Origin: Andreprevotia chitinilytica DSM 18519
Lineage (GTDB): Bacteria > Pseudomonadota > Gammaproteobacteria > Burkholderiales > Chitinibacteraceae
Direction: 5' to 3'
Length of the DNA stretch: 64,000 nucleotides
Assembly (NCBI RefSeq): GCF_000711875.1
Contig: NZ_JONM01000001.1
Location: 163,934 to 227,933, forward strand
Both the position numbers and the translations under genes were made by a program. The notes beneath the pieces were generated by a model that saw only the letters and a program-made list of their open reading frames with translations, searched no databases and was not told the origin of the DNA. Each line of letters starts with the position of its first letter. The first letter of the stretch is position 1. Of this stretch, positions 49,201 through 57,982 are shown piece by piece.

Positions 49201-50283
49201 ATTTCGATCAGTGATCAGGATATTGCCGCCAAGGTGCCGGCCATCGATGCCTACCGCAACGGCCTGTGGCCGCGTGACCGGCAACCGCTGGCGGATGTGT
49301 GGAACCTGATTCCCGAGCCGCCGCAAAGCTACACGCTGGATGGTTTCCGGCAATTGCTCGCCAGCAGCGGCCCGCTGTGGGTCGATTCGCAATTTCCACA
49401 AGGCGGGCACGTGGTCGTGGTGGTCGGGATCGAAAGCGGCGGGGCGGATGATGGTTCCGATACCACCGTCTACATCCATAACCCCGATCCCGGCTCTGGC
49501 CAGCGGGTGAAGATGTCGTGGCAGCAATTCGTGCAGTACTACGAAGGCCGCGTCAGTACCGAAGGCAGCACGCTCAGCGCGCAATTGCTCCATGCCAACG
49601 GTTTGGGCGGTCGCACGCCGGCCACGGTGGCACCGTTCGCGCTCACGCTATCGGCCAATCAGGCCAATACGCTGGACAAGACCCGGCATCAGCGCACCCG
49701 TCCCGCTCGTCCCCAGCAAACGCCACAATCGCCCCAGCATGGCGGGGCGCGGGTCAACGGTTTGACGGCAGCGGGCTTGACGGTGAGCGGCACGGATGCT
49801 GAAACGACGATTTCGCCGTCCCACGTGCCCGGCACGACCATGAGTGCGGTGACCGGCAGCGTTGGCAACTTGTCCTGGCGGCTGGAGCAGTTGCAGGGCT
49901 TCAAATCGCCAGCCGGCCAGCCGAGTGTCACCTCCGCCGCGCCGGATCACGCCGAAGTCCCGCTCGACGATTGGCCGCGCCTGTCCGATGGCCCGGTGCC
50001 GATCAAATTGGCAGTGCGCTGGCAGCACAACGGCAGCGCGCTCGGCAATGTCACGGTCGTGCGCACCGATCAGGCCGACAGCCTGCCGTACCAGCTGCAG
50101 GTGGAAGCCGCCATCGACGACGACACGCTGACCTATCCGCCGCAAGCCCCGCGCTATGCCGCGCTGAACGTGACCATCACCTACCGCTTCAGCAACCTGC
50201 CGGATGGCGCGGCGACTGCCGTCACGCAGCTCAAGCTGTATGGCAACGGCACGTTCGAACGCCACGGTTCCTGGCTGAAATAG
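46225..50283 (+). CDS. 1352-aa multi-domain protease
   Basis: Layout: N-terminal domain, P/A/Q linker, trypsin-like S1 (TAAHVV; GASGAPVYY), permuted papain/NlpC-like module (SFYCSQLVLEAY), two C39-like Cys-peptidase repeats (TGSCWAAAAAMIVGWRD; SGMSCWAASASMVVGWRD), C-terminal domain. Confidence 0.75.
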   Translation: MTVAQQEIGMALIRANRETVDDRFSIVGFTVRTGPNPLFEVAVASDPELFKPENRAKRGRNNFYSSRAAGAMRARRGEAVYLIPPDVLTHFVGNKRLYFGLATYAEGNRAEPTSVQAPTTGSPFINIAGLTGRGLRRLTSSPTDVSSSYGAARGEDSSLAWGGDRGGAQGGNVPTTASPDTRRAAADGRAAQSPANGAVNGSSAVNGHTASSAASRTTPSAPDAHYDDGFDHRLWQQAPQQAPQQSPTQQAPAPAPTASAPAAPTASSSAPGPAHAQSLAYNGKPTARPLDLIVPSNQPTLWDQLGFLRDSLSWFFGVTDTTVYPQHAICQIRRPTAGGGDEHVGTAFYVGRNRLLTAAHVVEGETNLIVVPGRNDTAEPFGRYTVAASSFRIPASRNTANHDFDIAVLDNTPQAAPNGRWFDLMEELLTSQPSPIIVCGYSSQSRRVPQINNLINENKQHLHSGRIQTVQDNTFSYDIQTLAGASGAPVYYITDNGGQPQIHLVGVHVSGLSDTENQGTRLTEAKIAWIEGRTTTLGLATARAQSIPLDPGAGGQSIGVAALQAGDIIVSTTDHATSYLIRGGSISAVSHAMLYIGDGKVVEAVGQGVIEHPLADAISDAILAVAFRYPNLDDMHRQAVVSYARSQVGLPYNYAGAAYAGYRIWNPITRIGEWIGQRLSVAPENAGSFYCSQLVLEAYARAGVALTTEAPDVSTPGDIVQLTHSVLSYVGHLVASDSSFALALATTDPIQPSPYRRRIRHPARALDDSSFRVYWGDVPFQQQSSTGSCWAAAAAMIVGWRDSTCISDQDIAAKVPVVDAYLNGLWPQDRHVLADVWNLVAEPPQSYTLDGFRQLLANSGPLWVATRTRSGGGHILLVIGMESDGAADGSDTNVLIYDPWPGSAGRQRMRWLDFITRYEGRATSTGGVMQPQILHADGTQGRQQATAAPFGLVSALGTPFSVFWSDVPYTAQTSGMSCWAASASMVVGWRDRISISDQDIAAKVPAIDAYRNGLWPRDRQPLADVWNLIPEPPQSYTLDGFRQLLASSGPLWVDSQFPQGGHVVVVVGIESGGADDGSDTTVYIHNPDPGSGQRVKMSWQQFVQYYEGRVSTEGSTLSAQLLHANGLGGRTPATVAPFALTLSANQANTLDKTRHQRTRPARPQQTPQSPQHGGARVNGLTAAGLTVSGTDAETTISPSHVPGTTMSAVTGSVGNLSWRLEQLQGFKSPAGQPSVTSAAPDHAEVPLDDWPRLSDGPVPIKLAVRWQHNGSALGNVTVVRTDQADSLPYQLQVEAAIDDDTLTYPPQAPRYAALNVTITYRFSNLPDGAATAVTQLKLYGNGTFERHGSWLK

Positions 50284-50304
50284 CCAGCTTGAGCGGCCCG
50301 AATC

Positions 50305-51423
50305 ATGAACCCGCGCCTCGTCCCGCCGCCACCACCCACCCAGGGTGGAGCGGCGACTGCGCAAGCCTTGAACGCCGTCGACATGCTGTCCCAGCGTCTG
50401 GGCGGCAGCCAGAGCGACGGCAGTAACAGCGCAGCTGCGCCAACGCCGAGCCCCGCAGCACCCGTACCCGCGCCGGCACCGACGCCAGCCACCACCACCT
50501 CGCCCAAGCAGCCGGCCACGGAAACCATCGCCCACCGCACTGGCGCAATGGTCAACGAGATCGATTTCCCCGGCTTTGTGGCCGGTCTGGTGCATGGCAC
50601 TTTCGATGCCATCGTCGATGCCTCGATCCGGCAGATGGAAAGCTTCTCCGGCCTGGTGTCGGCGGTCGCCAAGACCGTCGACCAGTTCACCGAGGAAAAC
50701 GTCACGCTCAATCAGGCGCGGGACTGGCTCACCAGCCACTATCCCGGCGACGTGCATCTGGTGCTGTCCAGCGACCCGGCCATCGGCCCGCAACTGGCTC
50801 CGGCGCGAGAAGGCTTGTCCCCGGCGTGGCTAGCGGACTTCGATCTCGAAGGGAACGAACTCACTACTGAGCTGTTGGAGAACCAGTTGCTGCCTATCGT
50901 GCGCAGCCGCACCGGTGCGGATCGCCAACAACTGCTGGCAACGATGGTGCTGCTCGGCATGAACCGCGTGGCGGTCAAGGATGGTTCGATTTCGGCCAAG
51001 GTGATGTTCCGCGCCAGTGCGGAGGATTCCGCCAAGGTGTCCTACGCCACCAGCAACGACCCGCAAGGCGTCGCCAATTGGGGCGAGCGGGGCAGCCTGT
51101 CTTATAGCGGCGGCGCCAGCACGATGGTGTCCACCCTGGGTGTGAACGCGCAGAACGATTCATCGATCAAGACCGATCTGCTGGGCGAAGTGAAGATCAA
51201 TTTCGTCAGCGAAACCTTGCCGCTCGACCGCCTGATGGATCAAGCCAAGATCGCGCTGCTGCAACGCAATTCCCGCGTGGCGGAAACCGCCAACCGGGGT
51301 TTGAATGCGCCTGCCCCAGCCGCCGCGCCAGCACCACAAGCCGCATTGCCACCGGCCGCTGCGCCGGTCGCAACACCGACCGCCCCGGCCCCCGCCGCAG
51401 TACATGAAGGGAGGCCAGCCTGA
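50305..51423 (+). CDS. unknown family, paralog A (372 aa): conserved helical core + beta segment + Pro/Ala-rich tail
   Basis: shares FPxFVxGL(I/V)xG(V/T)FxxIVx(S/A)SIxQMExxxxLV, RQQLLATMV(M/L)LGxNR(I/V)(V/A)VxDGxIxAKV, E(V/I)(K/R)(I/V)NF(K/V)S(D/E)(Y/T)LP(L/M) with 57983, 59369, 61717 genes. Confidence 0.7.
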   Translation: MNPRLVPPPPPTQGGAATAQALNAVDMLSQRLGGSQSDGSNSAAAPTPSPAAPVPAPAPTPATTTSPKQPATETIAHRTGAMVNEIDFPGFVAGLVHGTFDAIVDASIRQMESFSGLVSAVAKTVDQFTEENVTLNQARDWLTSHYPGDVHLVLSSDPAIGPQLAPAREGLSPAWLADFDLEGNELTTELLENQLLPIVRSRTGADRQQLLATMVLLGMNRVAVKDGSISAKVMFRASAEDSAKVSYATSNDPQGVANWGERGSLSYSGGASTMVSTLGVNAQNDSSIKTDLLGEVKINFVSETLPLDRLMDQAKIALLQRNSRVAETANRGLNAPAPAAAPAPQAALPPAAAPVATPTAPAPAAVHEGRPA

Positions 51424-51860
51424 TGATCCGCGAACTCTCCGCCGTGCTGCTGGAAATGCACAACGCGCTGCAGTCGGAACTCAACCTGGCTCGCGACGCT
51501 GGCGTGCCGCTGTTGCTCGATAGCGTCGAGCTGACCTTGCCGATGCAATTCCAGAACGTGTTTGCCGATGGCCAATGCCTGCTGTGCGCCGACGTGCCGC
51601 GCACGCTCGATCCGGGGGGCTTTGATTTGCCGCTGGGGCGGATGCATGCGCGGTGGGAGCGGGTGGATGGGGAAGATGAGGATTCAACACCCAGCTTGGG
51701 CATTCCCCCCTTCCTCGAAGGGGGGGGAGGGGGGATTTCTGCGCCTTCTCAAGTTGCCACTGCATCTGAACTTGGCACTGTGTCGAAATCCCCCCCACCC
51801 CCCTTCACAAAGGGGGGAGTAACAACGTTCGCTCCAGCAAGGAGGCCCGGCCATGAGTAA
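51423..51860 (+). CDS. hypothetical protein; 3' third of ORF is occupied by a REP/MITE copy
   Basis: ATGA overlap with upstream gene; REP family B 51703..51830 lies inside ORF so true C-terminus uncertain. Confidence 0.4.
   Translation: MIRELSAVLLEMHNALQSELNLARDAGVPLLLDSVELTLPMQFQNVFADGQCLLCADVPRTLDPGGFDLPLGRMHARWERVDGEDEDSTPSLGIPPFLEGGGGGISAPSQVATASELGTVSKSPPPPFTKGGVTTFAPARRPGHE
51703..51830. repeat. REP/MITE-like element, family B (second copy of 27468..27565)
   Basis: ccccccttcctcgaaggggggg ; ggggggatttct..gcgcc..tcgaaatccccccc. Confidence 0.6.
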
Positions 51861-52794
51861 TGCCATCCCTCCACTGTTGCAGCAACAAGGCGTGCCGTTC
51901 GATGTCTTCATCCAGTCGCTGACCGATCAGCTCGACAAGGCGCAGGCGTCGATGGCGCTCAAGGCGCGGGTCGGCAAGTTGCCGCTCACCTTCGCGGTCA
52001 AGGAATTGACGCTCGATCTGAAGGCCTATGTGCAGATCGTCGATGACGACATCTATTTCCGCCCGGCAGCACCCGGTGATACCGATGCCAGCACCGTCAA
52101 ATTCAGCCTCACCACCATCACCAAGCCGATGATCGAAGAGAACTCGGTCGATTTCGCCGCGCAGCAAAAGCACTTCGATGTCAGTCTCAAGGACGGGCTG
52201 GGCGACAGCATCAATGCCGATGAGCAACGCCGGCTGGAGCGCATGGGCGTGCAGACGATGTCGCAGCTCAATGATTTGCGCAGCCGCGCCGGCGATGACG
52301 TGATCGCCCGCATCACGCGCGTGCCGGTCAATCGCCTGCAAGCCGCATTGATGCGCGCCGCCGCGCCGCAGGTCATGCATGTCGAACCACACCTCAATGC
52401 GCCGAGCGGGGATGCGGCGATGGCGCCTGGCAATGGCCAACTCAATGGTTCATTGATGGGTTCCTCGGTGGGTCCAATGGTCTCTGCCAACCTTAACCCG
52501 CAATCCGTGCCGCCGAATTCGCCGCTGTTGCGTTTGCGTGGCCTCAATTTGCTGCGGGGCGGGCGGCCGCCGCAGGTGCAAGCCGCAGGCGGCAATGTGC
52601 CCGTGCTGGCCGCCAGCGACAGCGAATTGCTGATCTCGCCGCATGCCATGCAACTGGGCTGCGAAGCGGAGCTGACCTTTGATGACGGCGCACGCTGCAC
52701 GGCGCAGTTGCCGCCGCCGGTCCCGCCGCCGATCATTCAGCCCTCGGCACAAAGTCGCCCGCAATCCCCGTCACAGGGGGCTCGCCATGTTTAG
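51853..52794 (+). CDS. hypothetical protein (313 aa), Pro-rich C-terminus
   Basis: ATG 51853 (overlaps previous ORF end by 8 nt); overlapped at 3' end by S8 gene start. Confidence 0.5.
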   Translation: MSNAIPPLLQQQGVPFDVFIQSLTDQLDKAQASMALKARVGKLPLTFAVKELTLDLKAYVQIVDDDIYFRPAAPGDTDASTVKFSLTTITKPMIEENSVDFAAQQKHFDVSLKDGLGDSINADEQRRLERMGVQTMSQLNDLRSRAGDDVIARITRVPVNRLQAALMRAAAPQVMHVEPHLNAPSGDAAMAPGNGQLNGSLMGSSVGPMVSANLNPQSVPPNSPLLRLRGLNLLRGGRPPQVQAAGGNVPVLAASDSELLISPHAMQLGCEAELTFDDGARCTAQLPPPVPPPIIQPSAQSRPQSPSQGARHV

Positions 52795-54328
52795 CGACTA
52801 CGTGCCTTTTGACCCGATGCCCGAAGGCGGCCCGCACTTTGGCGGGCGGATGCGTCGCCGCCTGTTGCTGCGGCTGCCGCTGGGCGAAGTGCCGGATCAT
52901 CTGCCGACGTTCTCTGACTGCCTGCGCCGCATGACCAGCTTTGCCGACACCATCGATGGCGGCGTGGTCGACCGGCTGATCCGCCACCATTGCGGCGGGG
53001 CGCGCACCTGCCGGCTGCACAGTGCCGCGCGTTATGCCGGCTCCCACCTGCGTGTGCCGATGCCCGCACGGGCTTACGACGATCTCGAAATGCTGAGCGG
53101 TGTAGCGCGGGTGTTGCGGCTGGAATTGCAATCGGATGACGGATTCGAGGCGCTGGTCGATGCGCTGCGCCAGCTCGCCAGCGTGGAAGACGTCTCGCCC
53201 AACTATCTCTGCACGCTGTCGCTGGAAGTGCCGCAAGCCGCACCAGACACCCTGCGTGACGATGCCGGCTGGAGCACGCGCCGCATGATCCGCACTGCGG
53301 AAGCGCTCGGCTACGAGCCGGGCGATGAGGGCGTCATTGTCGGGCTGCTCGATACCGGCGTGGCCCAGCAACATCGCGAACTGGCCGGCAAGCTGCGGCG
53401 CGGCTTCGATGCCGTTGCGCTCGATGCCAGCGCCGTTGGCGGCGATTTGCGCCTGATCGGCCCGCATCACCCGGACAACGAGCCGGACGATGATGTCGGC
53501 CACGGCACCGGCTGCGCCGGCATCATCGGCGCATTGGGCGACAGCATGCCGCCGGGGTTGGCCGGGCAGAGCACCTTGCTACCCGTGCGCGTGCTGGGCA
53601 CGGCCGTTGGCAAGAACCACAAACCGGTCGGTATCGGCTCGATTGCCGATATCGATCGCGGCATGAAACGGCTGATCGATCTGGGCGCCAAGGTGATCAA
53701 CATGAGTTTTGGCACGCCGGAATCGATGCTGGGTGAACACGACCCGCCGCCGCATACCGAAGTGGTCAATTACGGCTTGGCACGCGGCTGCATCCTGGTG
53801 GCGGCCAGCGGTAATTCCGGCGCGACGGAGCGCTTTTTCCCGGCCGCACACCCCGGTGTGATCGCTGTCGGTGCCGTCGATGCCGATGGCCGGTTGAGCC
53901 ACTTCTCCACCCGTGGCGAGCACGTGGCGCTATGCGCACCGGGGGAGCGGATCGAGACCAGCGGGATCGTGGTCGTGGAGAGCGGCAACGCGGTTGGCGG
54001 CAGTCAAGACAGTGCACCGGTCTACCAATGGGCCACCGGCACCAGCTTTGCCGCGCCCTTTGTCACGGCGACGGCCGCGTTACTGGTGGCCCGCGCCGCT
54101 CGCCGCGCCTTGCCGCTCGACCCGGCTACCGCCCGCGATGTCCTCATCCGCTCGACCCGTCCCTTCGCGACTACCACCGATGGGGCCGGCAATGGCGTGC
54201 TCGATGCGCTGGCTGCGTTGCGTTTGCTCGATGACCAGCTCGATACGCTGCTGGATGAGGACGATGTGACGTGGGAAGACGTCGCGTCGCCAACGCCGGA
54301 TGAGAAAGGAGGGCGGCCCAATGTTTGA
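52787..54328 (+). CDS. subtilisin-like S8 serine peptidase with ~190-aa N-terminal extension
   Basis: ATG 52787; catalytic Asp LLDTGV, His GHGTGCAGII, Ser GTSFAAPFV. Confidence 0.85.
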   Translation: MFSDYVPFDPMPEGGPHFGGRMRRRLLLRLPLGEVPDHLPTFSDCLRRMTSFADTIDGGVVDRLIRHHCGGARTCRLHSAARYAGSHLRVPMPARAYDDLEMLSGVARVLRLELQSDDGFEALVDALRQLASVEDVSPNYLCTLSLEVPQAAPDTLRDDAGWSTRRMIRTAEALGYEPGDEGVIVGLLDTGVAQQHRELAGKLRRGFDAVALDASAVGGDLRLIGPHHPDNEPDDDVGHGTGCAGIIGALGDSMPPGLAGQSTLLPVRVLGTAVGKNHKPVGIGSIADIDRGMKRLIDLGAKVINMSFGTPESMLGEHDPPPHTEVVNYGLARGCILVAASGNSGATERFFPAAHPGVIAVGAVDADGRLSHFSTRGEHVALCAPGERIETSGIVVVESGNAVGGSQDSAPVYQWATGTSFAAPFVTATAALLVARAARRALPLDPATARDVLIRSTRPFATTTDGAGNGVLDALAALRLLDDQLDTLLDEDDVTWEDVASPTPDEKGGRPNV

Positions 54329-54349
54329 TTGCCGTGCCATCCGCAACCC

Positions 54350-54380
54350 CGTAGCCCGGACGACGCCGTCGGCCGGGGTT
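54350..54380. repeat. REP family C half-site
   Basis: cgtagcccggacgacgccgtcggccgggg. Confidence 0.45.
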
Positions 54381-54430
54381 TGCGCCACCAATCACGCCGC
54401 TGTACCTGCTGATATCGCCGGAGGTTCGTC

Positions 54431-56437
54431 ATGACCAACCCCAAAAAGAAACCGGGCGCAGACGCGGCAGAGAACACGCCGGCCAATGCCGATCCACCCT
54501 CCGCCGGGCCAGCGCCTCCAGCGGAACAGGTGCCCAGCGCGCCAGCCGCTGCAGCCAGTGCCACACCCGGCAGCAGCCAACCGAACGCCCCGCCCGGCGG
54601 GAAACCGCCGCCGGCAAGCCCGGCGGATCGCAGTAACAGCAATATGGAAACCCAAAGCGGTGGAGGGAATGGAATCATGGAAGCACCCAAACAAGTGTTG
54701 TTGTTCGTCGATCTGAGCCAGTCGGAATTTCTCGCCAGGGCGCGTTTGCGCGAGCGGCGGCAGCTGCTGGAGAACATTGCCACCCACCGCAAGGGCGGGT
54801 TGGGCAGCGATGAATCCGACGAATTGACGGAAAAGCGGTTGCTGCTGGGCAGCAATACCTCGGTCGATCCGTTCTTCCTCGCCATTGTGGACGGGCATGC
54901 CGGTTCGCAAGCCGAAGGCGAGAACGAAGCCAAGATGGTGCATGGCGTACTGCCGACTTCGCAGCCGCGCTGGTATCGCGAGCATCCGAACTGGAACGGC
55001 GAAATGATCCGGGTGCAAAACGGCCCCGATATCGCCGTGGCCGCGGCCGAGCTGGAACTGGTCGCGATTGCAGGCCTGATGGAGATGGACAACTTCCTTG
55101 ACCCGGCCAACCCGCGCTTCGTGCAGCAGGTTTCGGTGGCACAGGGGGAGTATCGCGCCAATCGGGCCTTGTTCCAGCGGGTGTTCGAGCTGCTGGTGCT
55201 CAACAGCGTGCCGGTGACGCTGGATAGCCAGATCGCGCTCAAGCTGGTCGATCCGGCCGCGACGGATGCGTTGCACAACGCCAATATCACTGCCGATATG
55301 CTCAAAGCAGTGATTGCGCTCAGCGCCAAGCAACTGGGGGCGGTGGTGCGGCAGATCGCCGCCGATGGCATGACCGCCAACGACCGCCAGTTGCCGGATC
55401 GCGTGCGGGTGGCGCTGGAGAACGTCTCCGGCATGGACCAGGGCGCGCCGCCGTCGGCGATCGAAATCGATTTGCCCGATCTGGAAGCCCAGTCGGACGT
55501 CGAGATCGTCGAATCCAATCTGCATGCGGTGCAGGCGCTGTATTTCTCCTACATGCTCGAAGAGCTGCGGCTGTTCCAGACGGTGGAGAAACTGGTCGAT
55601 CTGTTCCGTACCGGCATGCTGCCGATCGGCAAGGGCGGCGCGGGCGATTACCTCTACAGCTACCTGAAGCGTTCCAGCGAGCGGATGAACGAGAGCGAGC
55701 GGCGCGATCTGTATATGCGGGCCTTCGGTGCGCCCGGCGGCGATCCGAACACCAATATGCCCAATCGCGAGTTCAACGAGCTGTGGCTGCGTTTCGTCTC
55801 GGCCGTGTCGTCCTATGTGCGTCAGTTCACCGTCGACAACATGCTGCGCAGCCAGGCGCCCGGCATGGTCAGTCAGGAACAGGTACGCAAGGCCGGCCGC
55901 GATCTGGCCGCCAATCTGTCCTTGCACGGCTACGGCATCGCCTACTTCGCCGCCACCGAGCTGCAATCGACCATCCGCGAGTTCATCGGTGTGCTGTCGG
56001 ATCAGGACATCAAGGGCTCGTTCGGCGCCCGCGATATGTGGCAGGTGGTCGAGCAAGTCTCTGCCAGCTACCTGGGCGGCCCGCGCAACAGCGTGCGTTA
56101 CCGCACGCAGGCCCAGTCCGGCGCGGTGATCATCCGCTGGCTGGCCAAGAACGCCCGCAATCTGTCGTCCAGCTATGTGAACGACGTGATCGCCATCGAC
56201 GTGCTGCGCAGCCCGCAGCTACGCAGCCTCGGCGGCGGCAAGGCGACGGTGGACCCGACCGATTGGGATCTCGTCAACGCTTGCGAGCAATGGCTGGCCG
56301 TGGGCGGCATCCAGGAGGCGCGCATCGACGAGTACTCGCAGCCGACCGAAGCGCCGAATACCACCTCGAAGCCGATTGCCTTGCCATCGGTCGCGCAGGA
56401 TGTGCTCGATTCGGTGGGGATCAGTATTGGGGCGTAG
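54431..56437 (+). CDS. hypothetical protein (668 aa) with Pro/Ala-rich low-complexity N-terminus
   Basis: ATG 54431; no recognisable motif. Confidence 0.55.
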   Translation: MTNPKKKPGADAAENTPANADPPSAGPAPPAEQVPSAPAAAASATPGSSQPNAPPGGKPPPASPADRSNSNMETQSGGGNGIMEAPKQVLLFVDLSQSEFLARARLRERRQLLENIATHRKGGLGSDESDELTEKRLLLGSNTSVDPFFLAIVDGHAGSQAEGENEAKMVHGVLPTSQPRWYREHPNWNGEMIRVQNGPDIAVAAAELELVAIAGLMEMDNFLDPANPRFVQQVSVAQGEYRANRALFQRVFELLVLNSVPVTLDSQIALKLVDPAATDALHNANITADMLKAVIALSAKQLGAVVRQIAADGMTANDRQLPDRVRVALENVSGMDQGAPPSAIEIDLPDLEAQSDVEIVESNLHAVQALYFSYMLEELRLFQTVEKLVDLFRTGMLPIGKGGAGDYLYSYLKRSSERMNESERRDLYMRAFGAPGGDPNTNMPNREFNELWLRFVSAVSSYVRQFTVDNMLRSQAPGMVSQEQVRKAGRDLAANLSLHGYGIAYFAATELQSTIREFIGVLSDQDIKGSFGARDMWQVVEQVSASYLGGPRNSVRYRTQAQSGAVIIRWLAKNARNLSSSYVNDVIAIDVLRSPQLRSLGGGKATVDPTDWDLVNACEQWLAVGGIQEARIDEYSQPTEAPNTTSKPIALPSVAQDVLDSVGISIGA

Positions 56438-56467
56438 AGGGCCGCAACGAGACCGTGAACAGGCTCT

Positions 56468-56575
56468 TAGTCCCCTCGCCCCCTTTAGGGGGAGAGGGTT
56501 AGGGAGAGGGGGCGGTTGATCAACCAGCCACCCTCACCCCCAGCCCCTTTCCCAAAAATGGGCGAGGGGAGAAAA
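56468..56575. repeat. REP cluster family A (two copies)
   Basis: tcccctcgccccctttagggggagaggg ... ccctttcccaaaaatgggcgaggggag. Confidence 0.55.
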
Positions 56576-56606
56576 GCAGGATCGGCGGCTCACAGGAGAC
56601 TCAGCC

Positions 56607-57659
56607 ATGCCAGACCTCTACAACACCCGACAGCCAATGGCGCGTCATGTCGAGCGCTCCATCACCAATGCCGCGCGCCATTTGCACGTGAGCAATCCGC
56701 TCAATTTCGTGGGCGACATGGTGAAGCGCACCTTCGCGCTGCCGGACGACGATTCGTCCTACGGCAACAACGCGCTCACGCCCGGCGCAGTGCCGTTCGA
56801 GCCGTCGTTCTCGGAGCAAGAGCCGAACGCGCTGCGTTTCACCATTGAACCGCTGGGGCCGCACGCGTCGCCGTCATCGCGCCGCGACGAAGCCACCCGC
56901 GAAATGCGGCGGCTGATCAACGGCGTCTTCGGGCGCGATGCCTTGCGCTGGTTCGATACCCGCAGCGAAGAATGGCGCGGCATGAATGGCCTGAGCTGGA
57001 TGAACTACGGCGCGTGGTTCGGCAGCGCCTTCGATGAGGACGGCCTCTACGCCGCCAAGATTTACTACGAGCTGCTGCCGTCGCAAATCGATGCGCTGTC
57101 GCAAGGTACGGCGCGGATCACGCGTTTGGCCTGCGCGATCATGCCCAGCCTGATGCCGATCTTTACCTCGATTGGTTGCAAGCGCGAGGCCGGCAGCCAG
57201 CGCGTGACCTTTCTGCACCGGGGGCCGTTGTCGCTGACTGATCTCAGCCCGCTGATGAACCAGCTGGGCATCGGCCACCAGTTGCCAGGCCTGATGCGCG
57301 TGGTCGGGCTGGCGCTGGGCGGCCGCTTTGAATTGCCACATGGCACGGTGCTGCTTGGCCTGCGCGAGACGCACGAAGGGGTCGAGCTGAAACTGGAAAT
57401 CCTGCTTGCAGCGCTACCGGACGTGCCGGATGGTTTTCTCGATCTGGTGCGACTTGGTTTGGCGGAACGGCCACGCCAACTGGGGGCGCTGGAGCGCTGG
57501 CTGGATGCGTTCGGGGTGGATGAGGCGGGCACGGAAGGGAATTTCTCGGTGCTCAGCATCCGCGTCACGCCGCGGACTTCGGCGCGGATCAGTTTGTATG
57601 TGCGGCCGCTGGAGTTCGAGATTGGCGGGCAGATTGAGGAAAGCCGGCAGATGGCTTGA
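56607..57659 (+). CDS. hypothetical protein (350 aa)
   Basis: ATG 56607 after REP; no motif recognised. Confidence 0.5.
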   Translation: MPDLYNTRQPMARHVERSITNAARHLHVSNPLNFVGDMVKRTFALPDDDSSYGNNALTPGAVPFEPSFSEQEPNALRFTIEPLGPHASPSSRRDEATREMRRLINGVFGRDALRWFDTRSEEWRGMNGLSWMNYGAWFGSAFDEDGLYAAKIYYELLPSQIDALSQGTARITRLACAIMPSLMPIFTSIGCKREAGSQRVTFLHRGPLSLTDLSPLMNQLGIGHQLPGLMRVVGLALGGRFELPHGTVLLGLRETHEGVELKLEILLAALPDVPDGFLDLVRLGLAERPRQLGALERWLDAFGVDEAGTEGNFSVLSIRVTPRTSARISLYVRPLEFEIGGQIEESRQMA

Positions 57660-57784
57660 GCGGGCAACGGCAAAACCGCAAATCCTGAACCACAGAGGGC
57701 ACAGAGGTTCACAGAGAAAACCAACCTCAAATCACACGTAAGAACAAGGAGCGTGCGCAGAGAGCGGATGAAAAACGAGGTTTT

Positions 57785-57860
57785 CTGTAGGAGCGAGCTT
57801 GCTCGCGATGGGCGCGCATCAATTCACGATGCAATCGCGAGCAAGCTCGCTCCTACAGAA
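57785..57860. repeat. REP-like palindrome, family D
   Basis: ctgtaggagcgagcttgctcgcgatgg..atcgcgagcaagctcgctcctacag. Confidence 0.65.
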
Positions 57861-57982
57861 ACCTTCTTGCTGGCCGCTTGGTTTTCATCTGTGTTCTCTG
57901 TGCCCTCTGTGGTTCGAGGTTTGGGTTTTGAAATTTCGGTTTTTGCTTGAGTAATGCCCCGCATCGCGCAAGGAAACACATC

